Source: Hemiscyllium ocellatum (taxonomy: Eukaryota). From it: 64,000 nucleotides of DNA. The stretch covers positions 84,784,484 to 84,848,483 of the forward strand of contig NC_083408.1 in NCBI RefSeq assembly GCF_020745735.1. The letters run 5' to 3'. Under the pieces are notes generated by a model, which had not been told where the DNA came from, made no database searches, and saw nothing but the letters and a program-made list of their open reading frames with translations. The first letter of the stretch is position 1, and every line of letters begins with the position of its first letter. Below are positions 13,141 to 31,365 of this stretch, in pieces. A program made the translations under genes and the position numbers.

Positions 13141-15325
13141 TCATAGAGTCATAGAGATGTACAACACAGAAACAGACCCTTCGGTTCAACTCATCCATGC
13201 CGACCAGATATCCTAACCTAATCTAGTCCCATTTGCTAGCACTTAGCCCATATCCTCTAAACCCTTCCTATTCATATGCCCATCCAGATGCCTTTTAAAT
13301 GTTGTAACTATACCAGCCTCCACCATTTCCTCTGGCAGCTCATTCCATATATGCACCACCCTCTGTATGAAAATGTTGCCCCTTAGGTCCCTTTTAAATT
13401 TTTCCCCTCTCACCATAAACCTCTCCCCTTTGGTTCTGGACTCCCCCACCCCAGGGAAAAGACCTTGTCTGTTTACCCTATCTATGATCCTCATATTTTA
13501 TAAACCCCTATAAGGTCACCCCACAGCCTCCGATGCTCCAGGGAAAAAAGCCCCAGCCTATTTAGCCTCTCCCCATAGCTCAAACCCTCCAACTCTGGCA
13601 ACATTCTTGTTAATTTTCTTTGAACCCTTTGAAGGTTCACAACATCTCTCCTATAAGAGGGAGACCAGAATTGCACATAATATTCAAAAGTAGCCCAACC
13701 AATGTCCTGTACAGATGCAACATGACCTCCCAACTCCTATAGTCAATGCCCTGATCAATAAAGGAAAGCATACAATCCTATCTACTTGCAACTCCACTTT
13801 CAAGGAACTATGAACCTGCACTCCAAGGTCTTTTTGTTCAGCAACACTCCCCAAGGACTCTTACCATTAAGTGTAAAAGTCCAGCTCTGATTTGCCTTTC
13901 CAAAATACAGCACCTCCCATTAATCTAAATTAAACTCCATCTGCCATTCCTCAGCCCATTGGCCCATCTGATCAAGATCCTGTTGTACTCCGATGTAATC
14001 TTCTTTGCTGTCCACTACACCTCCAATTTTGGAGTCATCTGTAAGCTTACTATTTGTACCTCCCATGTTCACATCCAAATCATTTATATAAATTACAAAA
14101 AGCAGTGGATCAAGCACAGATTCTTCTGGCACACTACTGGTCACAAGTCTCCAGTGTGAAAGGCAACCCACCACCATCACCCTCTGTCTTTTTTGAGCCA
14201 GTTCTGCATCCAAATGGCTAGTTCTCCCTGTATTCCATGAGACCTAACCTTGCTAATCAATCTCCCATGAAGAACCTTGTTGAATGCCTTACTGAAGTCT
14301 ATATAGATCATGTCCACCGCTCTGTCCTCACCAAACCTGTTTGTTACTTCAAAAAACTCAGTCAAGTTTGTGAGACATGATTTCCCACGCACAAAGTCAT
14401 GTTGACTACCTCTAATCAGTTCTTCCCTTTCCAAATACATGTACATCATGTCCCCCAGGATTCCCCACAACTTGCCCACCACCATCAGGCTCACTGGTCT
14501 ATAGTTCCCTACTTTTTCTTCCATCTTTTTTTAAATAGTGGCACCACATCAGCCAACCTCCAGTCTTCTGGCACATCCCCTGTGACTATCAATGATACAA
14601 ATATCTCAGCAAGGATCCAGCAATCACTTCCTTAGCTTCCCACAAAGTTCTAGGGCACACTTGATCAGGTCCTGGGTATTAATCGACCTTTATGCACTTT
14701 CAGACATCCAGTATCTCCTCCTCTGTAATATGAACATTTTTCATGATGTCACATTTATTTTCCTACATTCTATATCTTCCATGTCCTTCTCCACAGTAAA
14801 CACTAATGCAAAATACTTGATTAGTTTCTCACACATCTCCTGCAGTTCCACACACAGACTGTCTTGCTGATCTTTGCGGGGCCCTATTCTCTCCCCAGTT
14901 AGACTTCTGTCCTTAATGTATTTATAGAATTCCTTTGAATTCTCCTTAACCCTATTTGCCAAAGCTATCTCATGTCCTCTTTTTCCCTCTTGATTTCCCT
15001 CCTACTGCCTTTACATTCTTTTAAGAAGTCACTAGATCTCTGCTGTCTTTACCTGACATATGTTTCCTTTTTTGCTTAATTTCTTCCTCAATTTCTTTAG
15101 TCATCCAGCTTTCCCTCCACCTACCAGCCTTGCCTTTCATCCTAACAGGAATATACTCTCTCTGGACTCTCATTTTCTCATTTTTGAAGGCATCCCATTT
15201 TCCAGCCATCCCTTTATCTGCGAATGTCAGCCCCCAATCAGCTTTTGAAAGTTCTTGCCTATTACCATCAAAATTGGCCATCCTTCAATTAAGAACTTCA
15301 ACTTTTAGATGTGGTCTATCCTTTT
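13141..15325 (-). mobile_element. CR1-type LINE, 5'-truncated, about 2.2 kb, inserted into an older LINE fragment (about 12570-13140 and 15680-15840)
   Basis: ORF pieces [54 protein letters not shown]; tail repeats ctctatga. Confidence 0.9.
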
Positions 15326-16779
15326 CAGGAGGTGAGTCAGGAGCCTTTGACCTGTGAGCTAACTAATCAACTGGTGACTGGAAATTCATCAACACATTTC
15401 AAGATGAAAATGTTTAACTAAATGGATCTCAACATTTTTCTCCCCAGAGTAGAGGAGATCTTGTCATGAGTATCAAATACTAAATTGAACGCAATATGAG
15501 TAAATCCCTGTTTTCAACTGGAAGAAGTGTTTGAGACTTGCATAATGAGAAGGGAGGAGGTAAAAAACAAGTATTATATCTTTCACAGCTACTAGGACAC
15601 TGTGTGAAAGGGAGAGATTGAAGAGTGATTGAGGTACAAATTGGAGTGTTATAAAGAAAGTGGTCTATTTGGCCATTCAAAAATCAGGCAATGACCATTT
15701 CCAACCACTGCCTCTTGACATCCAATGCTGTTACTATCACTGAATCCCTCACTATTAACATCCTAAGCTTACCACTGACCAAAAACACAACTGGACTCAG
15801 CACATAAACACTGTGTCTACAAGAACAGGTCAGAGCTCAAGGTTCATGTAATTAATTAGATTCATTTAATTAACTCCAATGGACTGTGTGTTTCCAACTC
15901 AGTCAGTTTGCAAAACTGGCCACTGGCTGCACTGCTCACACTACAATGAAAGAGCAAGTTTACTCTCAATGGGGACCCTTGTTCTGTCATATTGTAATGA
16001 CGTTCCAAAAAAGTTGATTTCAATGAATCAACATTCAGGAGTTTGACTCTGCCCTGTGGTGTGATTTTATGGAGTAGCATTTTTATTCCTGGCAGATGTT
16101 GTTCTGCTACTTAGCAGTGATGTAGCAATGCACCTTACTTGTTTCTTCATCTTGATAATGAATGCAGCAATGTCTGTGGCGTTTAGGTGAATGAAAGGTG
16201 AACAGATGTTGAGGGGACTGGATAGGGTGGTTACAAAGGGGATGTTCCCTCTTATGGGAGACTAGAACTCAGAGACATAATTCAGAAATAAGAGATTTCC
16301 CTTTTAAGATCAAAATGCGGATTTTTTTTCCTCCATTTTCTTTTCTGGTAATTTTATTTTATAAAATATTTGATCAAGGCTGAATTAGATCCATTTTAAT
16401 GGACATAGGAGTTAAGGTTGATGGGGTGTACACAGGAAAGTGGAATTGAGACCACAATCAGATCAGCCATGGTATTATTAAGTGGGGGAGGCTTGAAGAG
16501 CCAAATAGCCTGCTCCGCTGTTCCAATGTTATTGGTCTGAGACGTTAAACAATCTCTAACCAGAGATATTGCTAGATGTGCTTACAACTTCCGGTATTCT
16601 CTGTTTTTATTTCATATTTTTAGTACCCGCAAATATGTTGTTCTTTATCAAATTCTCAGACGTCTGTACTGTTTTGATGCCTTTGTAAGACCCCTTCTTT
16701 CTTAAGTAAAAAAATGGAAAGCACCTTTATCGTAGTTCTTTCAGACCTGCACGTAGTTTTTTTTAAAAAAGAATCAGCT

Positions 16780-17290
16780 ATGCTGATTATTGTGTGTTGC
16801 GGCTGGGAGTATGTTGGAAACGGATGCATCCCACCATGCATTGCGGTAGGTTTTCCAAGATGGCGGTTGTGAATAAGGTCTATCGGCGGCCGCTGGGTGG
16901 CGGTGCAGTTTCGTGGGGAGTTTTGGGACGGTCATGGCAGCCGAGCCAGCGAGGCAGTGGACCGAGGAGCAGCTGAGGAGCGAGGATGTGGCAAAGAAAG
17001 AGATTATCCAGTTTCTGCAGCAGAGCGCTTCGGAGCCGGTGAGAGCGGGGGTGTGTGCAGGGTTTCTGCTGGTTGCCCCCACCTCCCCGCTCCCAGGCTT
17101 GGGCAGTGTTTGTGCCGGGAGCAGCGCCACTTCGAGCCTGGAGAAGCCAGTCGTGCGGCTCGGGGAGTCTGGCATGTGGCAACTTGGCCTTCTTGCCTGA
17201 TGCGTTTGCAAAACTGCAAAGCGGCGAGAATCAATGTTGATCACTTTTATTACAGTCACCCACTTCGTGCCTTCGGATCTAACGCCACAA
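16780..17290 (+). promoter_or_regulatory. CpG-island promoter of FKBP3 with ZNF143/Staf-like and YY1 motifs
   Basis: CpG-rich against an AT-rich background. CATCCCACCATGCATTGCG (16827-16845) fits the SPH/ZNF143 consensus at 18 of 19 positions; CAAGATGGCGG (16856-16866) is a YY1 motif. Confidence 0.7.
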
Positions 17291-20200
17291 ATGTTAGGTG
17301 TGGTGTGCTGTAAAGTTGTTAAATATTTCACTGCATAAATACAAATCCTTATTAATTTAAATACACAAACCTGACTTCATTGCAAATTGAAAAAAAAGTC
17401 TCAAATACAAAACTATATGCACTTTTAAATTGAAAAAGGCATATATTTTAGAAAGTTGACTTTTGATTATCGGAAGTATTGAAAGTTGGATTTCGGTGAC
17501 ATCAGTATTTAACATTTTTTTCGAATTAGTTTCTTAGTGAACATAAGTTAATGGGAAACATCAAAAATGTTGCCAAGACTACAAAGAAGGAGCAGCTAGT
17601 AGTTGCCTACAATCAACTTTTTGAAACTAAAGTGAGTAATTATGCCTATGATTAGATATAATTCTAGAATTTGTGAAAATGACATACTTTGTGTTCTCAT
17701 TGCTGTAATTTGAACCATTTTTATTACTGGAGTATACCAGATTAATACTTCAAACTTTGTGTTTGATTTTATAATTGCAAATTTATGGTTTGCAAGCCAC
17801 GATAGTGTTATGTTTTCATTCCTGTAGCATGTTTTGGTGACATGGCTTGTATATGATCACCACCATCACTGTTCACAAGGATACCTTCTTTTGGGTTGAA
17901 TGAAATAGATTTCAACAGATTAAGCAACTGAAGACTGGACAAAATGAATCCATGGGCACATGCAGAATGTATCCAAACACAATCTGTAACTTCATGGCCA
18001 TATGCTTACAACCCCAGCTCCTAAATCACTATTACCATCAAGGTGGAAAATAAACGAGGAGAAAGTGAGGTCTGCAGATGCTGGAGATCAGAGCTGAAAA
18101 TGTGTTGCTGGAAAAGCGCAGCAGGTCAGGCAGCATCCAAGGAGCAGGAGATTTGACGTTTTGGGCATAAGCCTTTCTTCAGGGCTGCGCTTTTCCAGCA
18201 ACACATTTTCAGGTGGAAAATAAAACCTGGTTCACCAGGTTAATATTTAATTTTAGGTTTGTCTGGTGGTCCTCCTGGCATGCCCTTCTGCTCTCTTCAT
18301 TGAACGCAACTAGAATTTATTTCCTTATTCATATTTTTTAGTTACACACCTCCACACTATAATCTTATGCTTCTTTAAAAACATGTGGACCTGCTCTATG
18401 CATCTCTCTTGGTAACTAAAATGGTTTGGAACGGGAATTACTCTACTGTCCCACCCTTGAGAAACTCAATATTACCCACTGTATGAAGGGACCAAAAATG
18501 AAGCTTAAACAAAGTTTTGTATAAAGAAGAAAAAGGTATGTTTTGCCTCAGTGAATTATCTTGGAAATGTATCTTGGACTTAGGCTAGCCATTACTTTAT
18601 AACAATTGATGATGAACTGTTAGAAATAGATCCATCAGAATTCCTTGATTGCCTTCCCTACCTATTTGATGCTTTTCCCTATAGAATGTGTTTATACACT
18701 TTTCTTGTCAAATGCTTAAAGCTGCATTTCTCCAAGTTAAACTTCATTTCCGAGTAACAGGCCCAATCTCCCAGCACATTTCAACTTTCTGTTGTGGAAG
18801 GCTTCATTTGCATTCCTCAATCTCCTGTAACTTTGCATAGTCTGAAAGTTTACACATCAATCCAACATCTACACCTAGACCATTAGTCAAAATAGTTGAT
18901 AGAAAATAATATAATAGTAATTGTGCAGGCATTGTATAATCATTGTGTCCTCATGAACATAAGTAGGATAAAATAAATTTTGTGTAATTGGTAGATTCCT
19001 ATTGTATATTCTGATTGCTGTCAACGATGCCGAAAGGCTTCTGTTACAGTGAGAGTTATGTAAAAAAAAAATCTATGGAGCAGTTTTTATCATCTCCGAT
19101 CCTTATAACCTTTTTTGCCACCAATCAAGTACTTTTGAAGTGTAATTGCTGTTAGAATAGAGAAATGAGACAGTCGACTTATGCACAACAGCATACCATA
19201 AACAAGAGTAAGGTTTGTTTATTGTGTGTTTATTGATTGTTCGTTGAGGGATAAGACATCAAGGGTGCCTTCATTTCCTTTGTTGATTAAGATTGTGTAT
19301 CTTTTACATTTCTTTAATAGCATGTCTGGGGCTGTTGTTTGATGTTTTATTCCAAAAGGCATAGCATTGTAATAGAAACTTTACACACTGCAGGATCTAA
19401 CAAATAGTAATGAAATGAATGACAGTTGAATGCATAGTTTTAACGTTTCAAAAAAATTCCCATATATTGTTGTCTGGTTCTTGTGTGCTGTCAGCATTAT
19501 CATTCCTCTATGGGAGGCCAATTTATCCATGGCAAATTGAGTATTTATATCAACTTCACTATGTTTACACAAATAAAATTACAGGTTCTTAGTTTTGGTG
19601 GTTATTGTGCATTTTCTATTGTTTTATAAACTGTGATTCTTTAACTTGCAGAGGTTTAAAGGTACTGAATGTGCAGATAAAGTGACTCAGCAACTTAAAG
19701 ATGTGAAGCTTGGGGCTGCTCAGGAGAAAGCAAAGGCCAAGAAACCTGAAGTGACTGCAAGTGAGGTTAGTAGACTAAACTGGAAAATCCTTGCTTTTTA
19801 GAGAGTCGGCATTCTTGGATTAAAAATATATAAGGTATATACTTTTGAATATGATACAATATTCAATGGTCCAAATTTTGTTGGGAGTGTGGTGGTTTTA
19901 CAGTATGCTCTGTTAGATTTATTGGTTTCAAATATTTTTGTCCACAAAGTATGAGTTGATGAGAGTATGCAAAAAAAGTATAGTGAACAATAAGAAATCT
20001 CCTTAACTTTAAAGAATTGAAAATTGGATGAGGAGTAAACACAACAGTAAATTCGAGTAGTTGAATTCAATGTCAAATCAGGTTATGAAACAAAAAAGAG
20101 ACAGAAAGAAAGGTTTAAGAGAAAACAAAGTGACAAAAGAAGATTATTTTTAAGACACCATATTTGTAAAATCTCCAGTAATTTATAACCTGAGAAAGTT

Positions 20201-23200
20201 GAACTCCATTTTTTAAAAATGTTCACACAGGTTTGCAAACTTGATTGGCAGACAATTATAGCACTATTAAATGCATAGTTGCATTTTTAATTTCTAAGCT
20301 TAAATTCCATTAAAATCATAGGTTAAAGGCACAATGTTATTCTCTCGATGCTCATTATAGGATTGGACAAATTATCCAACAATTACAATAATCACAATTC
20401 AAGAGTATTTTTTCCACGTTTCAAATTGCTGGCTGAATTGAACATTAATGGAACACTTTTTTGAAAAAGATTCTGGGCCATTGTTCCCAAAAACTCTAGG
20501 CATTAGATAATGTTGGTTTATCTTGTTTCACTGTTGCCTGTTTGAAATATTATGATTTGTAAGTTAATTAAATGAATAAAATTCTGTTTAACTACCATTT
20601 CAACACCTTTTATGATCATTTCTAGGAACCACCAAAATATACCAAATCCATTTTGCAGAAAGGAGATAAAACCAACTTTCCCAAAAAGGGTGACACTGTC
20701 CACTGCTGGTACACAGGATCGCTAGAAGATGGGACTGTTTTTGACACAAATATTGCTTCTAGTAAGAATCTGATACAGTAGCAGTGTTTTATAAATTAGA
20801 ATAAATAATTTGGGCGCTGAGCAAGTTTGTGGTATGATGTTAGGCAAAAGTGAGAACTGCAGAAGCTGGAAATCAGAGTCTAGATTAGAGTGGTGCTGGA
20901 AAAGCACAGCTGGTCAGGCAGCATCCGAGGAGCAGGAAAATCGACATTTCGGGCAAAAGTCCTTCAGTCCTGATGTAGGGCTTTTGCCTGAAACATCGAT
21001 TTTCCTGCTCCTCAGATGCTGCCTGACCTGCTGTGCTTTTCCAGGACCATTCTAATCTAGACTGAGGTGTGATGTTGCCTATTCTTCCAAGTTTATCTAT
21101 ATCCTTCCATTTAAAATATAATCTTGTGTTTTTCTCTTTGTAATTCAGTGAATTTGTCACATTATTTAATTACAAATGCAGATAAACTAGACTGTGAACT
21201 CAACTTGAATCTTAGATCTTACTGTAGAACCTTTTAATCAGATTTTGTGTAATGGAGAAAGTTTATAAGATGTTATGATGGTGAAAATATTGTAAACATG
21301 AAACCGCTTATAGTAGTTTCAAGTGTAGTTCTATTATCTGTCCTTTTATTTTTACAAAACACGATGCTTTCAGCTCCTTCCTCAACCTTTAAAGAAATGA
21401 CAAATCTTTTACATTTTTTCTTAGAGCTGTCATAGTCATCGAGTCAGAGACATACAGCACAAAAACAGACCCTTCGGTCCATGCCGAACAGATTATGAAA
21501 CTTGAAAGGGTTCAGAAAAGATTTCCAAGGATGTCGCCAGGATTGGAGGATATGAGCTATAGGGAGGTTGGAGAGACTGGGGCTGTTTTCTCTGGAGCGT
21601 CAGAGGCTGAGGGGTTACCTTATAGAGGTCTATAAAATCACAATGGGTATGGATAGGATAAATAGACAAAGTCTGTTCCCTGGGATGGGGGAACCTAGAA
21701 CTAGAAGGCATAGGTTTAGGTTGAGTGGGGAAAGATATAAACCCGAGACCTAAGGGGTAACTTTTTCACGCAGAGGGTGGTATGTGTCTGGAATGAACTG
21801 CCAGAGGAAGTCGTGAAGACTAGTACGATTGCAACATTTAAAAGGCATCTGGATGGGTATATGAATAGGAAGGGTTTAGAGGGATATGGACCGGGTGGTG
21901 GCAAGTGGGAATGGATTGGGTGAAAACAAGAAAATGTGTGCAGTGACTGACATTGCACATGCTTATTTTTTGGGAGATACATTCATATACAGTACTGTTT
22001 TTAAACATGTTAAGTACTTTTTGCATTTTAGGATTTTACGACATATTTTAGAATGATCTCTATAACTTCCCTGAGTACATTCCCTGAATACATTGGAAAC
22101 TTGAGAGCAGGGCATTTGATTTTCTTTTTTATTGTTGCATCAAATATTTAGTCTTTCACTGATGGCACATATTACACTAAGAATTCATGGTACCTTCTGT
22201 TAACTTTGTGAATTTAGTTTTAACCTTGGAGTTTGTTGTTTTGAATTGTTTGATACATTTGGTTGGATTTTGATTTCTAAGAGGGCAGCAACTTAAGGAT
22301 CTTTAGAGTGAGCAGATGGCAAAACATATGGGGCCTTGGGCTTCATAGAGACATTGAGTACAGTGGAGGGAAGTTGTGTTGAACCTTTTCTAAAGGTTTG
22401 GTTACTGGAGCTTTTATAGATTTTTTAAAAAATATTCTATTCAGAGATGTTATCACAGACCTCAGAAGCGGGTAGGGCTTGAACCCATCCTTCTAGCTCA
22501 GAGGTAGGGGCACTACTGTCATACTACAAGAGACCCTGAAGTTTCTATAAGATAGACCGGGGCAAAAAAAATCTCATTAGCAGATGATGCAAAGTCTAGA
22601 AAACACAGGTTGAAGATTTTGGGGAGAGCGAATGTGAAGAACACTTTTATGCAGCAAGTGGTTATGATCTGGAGCTCATTGATCACACGGCTGCTAGATT
22701 CAGAAACAATCATTTCAGAAGAAAACTTGATGGGAGTAAACTTGCGGGATGAGATTGAGCAGGAGAGTTGGACTAGCTGGATTGCTGCTTAGAAAGGCAG
22801 AGGGCTGAATTAGTTCCTTCTGTAACAAATGTAATTCTATGACTAAAACAGACTTTGTTTCATTTTGTTTATTGCCCCCAGGATATTACTGATGATTTTT
22901 TATTTAAATAAACATGTTTTGAAAGCTTGCTTCTTCCACATTTCTGCTGAAAGTAGTGATTTGAGCTTAGTTGTAGTTCCGATGCTGTTTATAAATAATT
23001 GGTCTTTTTGTCTTGATTAAGTTGCAAAGAAAGGCCTTGCTTCATATGTTGCAGAGAATGCCTAATAAATTAAGAAAAGTAAATGATCTTTATGATAATT
23101 CACTCAAATGATTAATGGAATTTCTTTCTATAGGTTCCAAAAAGAAGAAGGCAACAAAACCTCTGAGCTTCAAAGTAGGAATTGGAAAAGTTATTCGAGG

Positions 23201-24687
23201 GGTAAGAATGCAGTTTTTAGAGCAATGTGTACCTTTTATCTTTATTAACATTGCATTTCAATTGGTATTTGCTTCTAGAGTTCTCAACTAGCACTGATAG
23301 ACCTCCACAAAGTGACCATTCTTCATTTTTTGTAAGGACATTTCAAATCTGTGGATTCTGTAGTAATAGCCAAACACACATTTTACATCAAATGCAATGA
23401 GGAACTGGAACCTTGATTGTAATTTCCTTTCTTCAAGGCCAAGTGAATCAAGCTAACTGCATTTGAAATCCATCAACTCAGTAAAAGATCAGTTCTATTA
23501 TGAAACCCTAATGGTTTATTTGGATAATAATGTTCACCAATTCAGGCCTTTGAAGAATTGGAAAGTTTGTTAATGACTAATCTTTTTTTGTTGGCTGACT
23601 TGATTTTATCATTCAATCCTTTTTTTTATATAGTGGGATGAAGCACTCTTGACTATGAGTAAAGGGGAAAAGGCCCGGCTACAGATCGAATCTGACTGGG
23701 GATATGGTAAGAAAGGGAAGCCAGAAGCCAAGTATCCTTTTACTATAGCTTGTTGAAAATAGTTTTTCTGTAAAAAATGTAGAGCTCAGCTAAACTTACA
23801 AAATTGCATTAATTTTGCTAATCAGCAGTGAAATTGAGAAAAAGTTTCGTCCTAATAAAGATAACATTTGGAGACTATGTATTATGGAGAGTACATAGGT
23901 GTGAATACATTATGGGAACTAAAAGATGAACAACTTTAATACATTTCCAATACCAGCTTATCCATCAGAAGTGTTTGGTATGCTTGCCTTTATTGGTCGG
24001 TGCATTGCATATAGGAGTTGGGAGGTCATGCAGCAGCTATACAAGACATTGGTTAGGCCACCGTCTGAATGCTGCATGCAATTCTGGTCTCCCTGCTATA
24101 GGAAAGATATTGTGAAACTTGAAAGCATTCAGAAAAGATTTAAAGGATGTTGCCAGGGTTGGAGAGTTTGAGCTATGGGGACAGGCCTAATATACTGGGG
24201 TTATTTTCCCTGGAGTGTTGAAGGCTGAGGGGGGTGACCTTTAGAAGAGGTTTATAAAATCATGAGTATGGGTAGGGTAAATGGACAAGGTCTTTTCCCT
24301 GGGTGCAAGAGTCCAAATTTACAAAACATAGGATTAAAGTGAGAGGAGAAACATTTAAAAGGGACCTAAGGGACAACGTTTTCACATAGGGGGTGGTGCA
24401 TATATGGAATGAGCTGCCAGAGGAAGTGTGCAGGCTGGTACAATGACACCATTTAAAAGGCATTTAGATGGGTATATGGGCCATATCTGGTTGGCATGGA
24501 CAAGTTAGACTGAAGGGTAGTTTCTGACTTTGAACTTGGGTACATAATGAAACTTTGTACTAAACTACTAAAGCTCATCAAAAGGATCTTTTGAATTTTC
24601 AGTAATGAAACTTTCTTTAACTATAAAATCAGAATTCCACCAAATGCTAAACTAATATTTGAAGTTGAGCTTGTGGATATTGAGTAA
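16934..24687 (+). CDS. FKBP3: Peptidyl-prolyl cis-trans isomerase FKBP3 (FKBP25), 225 aa. Exons: 16934-17038, 17530-17631, 19652-19765, 20626-20761, 23134-23201, 23634-23731, 24633-24687
   Basis: Exons total 678 nt and stay in frame: [75 protein letters not shown].../[42 protein letters not shown].../[71 protein letters not shown]. Colinear with vertebrate FKBP25 (N-terminal helical bundle plus FKBP domain). Confidence 0.97.
18055..18210 (-). mobile_element. Penelope-like family A fragment with a short inverted arm, in FKBP3 intron 2
   Basis: Perfect 14-bp TSD AGGTGGAAAATAAA at 18041-18054 and 18211-18224; decayed hammerhead motif on the minus strand. Confidence 0.75.
20842..21062. mobile_element. 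Penelope-like family A inverted pair in FKBP3 intron 4
   Basis: Inverted arms of about 90 bp; 14-bp TSD with 2 mismatches (20828-20841 and 21063-21076); degenerate hammerhead cores at the centre. Confidence 0.75.
21495..21920 (+). mobile_element. CR1 3' fragment in FKBP3 intron 4
   Basis: [22 protein letters not shown] motif. Confidence 0.8.
23732..24632 (+). other. U12-type (minor spliceosome) GT-AG intron 6 of FKBP3
   Basis: Donor GTATCCTTT. Branch site TTTCTTTAAC at 24612-24621, with the branch A about 12 nt from the AG. No polypyrimidine tract. Confidence 0.9.
23970..24530 (+). mobile_element. CR1 3' fragment inside the U12 intron of FKBP3
   Basis: [29 protein letters not shown] motif. 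Confidence 0.8.
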
Positions 24688-25915
24688 TTTGAATGCAACA
24701 TCTTGAGCTATGCTTTAAAATACTGCCTTTGAATTGGCCAATGTTTTATTGGAAGTTTGTTCTTAATTTTGTTAAATAAAAATATGCAGCTTATGAACAA
24801 AATTGTGCATTGTATAGAACTTTATTGAATTTTGTGTTGAACATGATTACATACAAGGCAGTGTTTTTTTTTGCTGATTTTATTAAGTCTTGCATTTCAG
24901 AACTGGCTTTTGTTCATTGAGAATTGTTCACATTGCAAACAAAAATAAAGTGTTTTGGAACCACTGGAGGTTGTAAGTTCATGAAATATACTTCTAAATG
25001 CTGGTGTGAAACTGAATTACACTTTAGTATTGTACATGCTAAGGCCTGCTAGTCTTTTGTACATCACTTGAGCTGGTTTCATAAGTTGCTGGAAGTGTAG
25101 GCACTCACCAGGGTACCAACTTCTGCTTTAACGTCTAGTGACAGCCAAGCAGTAAGAATTGTTTTCCACATGCGTTTATGGATCAGGAGAAGTGTGGGCA
25201 GGAACAAATTCTGCATGTGGCATGTAGATTTGTACTGAAACATTGCTGAATACATCAAATGGTCTAATTCAGATCATGATTGAAGGCAAGCTGGGATTAG
25301 GACAGTTCAGATTCTTTAAATGTGACACTATTAAACTTTCAATATTTCTAGTTTCTTTTATCTAAATTCCAGATCTTTGCTCAAAAGAGTTTGATAACAT
25401 ACAACATATGCAAAAAGCATTTGAAAGATTTATCAAAAATACTTTTACTCCATCTGTGAAGCATGTTAATTACTCATTTGTTATCACTACTTAGTTCAAA
25501 GTAGTAAGTTTAAATGAGTTACCTCACTGAAATGGTACAAAGATGTATAGTTACCAATAACACAAATTGCACACAGCACAATTTTGCACACAATATAGAA
25601 TCCAGTAGATAGTGCAATTGGAATGTGAATCTAGACTTCATGTGTAGAATACAAGAAGAAAATCTTGAAAGTACATTAACAAATGTAATTGGGTGGAATA
25701 CTTGTATAACTGTATACTTCACTAAAATATACTGGAGAACAGATTAAGACAATTGTCAAAGTTGCTGAAAAGTTTAAAAAATTACTACAGGATTGGAATA
25801 CGATACAAGCCAGTTGCTTCATTTGAAACAATTCCAGTCAAGTGAGCCAGTCTGTAAGGTAATGAGGCATAAATATCAATTCATTGAATCAATTGAGCTT
25901 CTGCTGAAAAACATT

Positions 25916-31365
<5,450 letters not shown>

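Noticed and set aside
16774-17331. Overlapping ORFs around FKBP3 exon 1, considered as a divergent gene such as FANCM
   Set aside because: GC-rich island artefacts with no recognisable protein; only 16934-17038 is coding.
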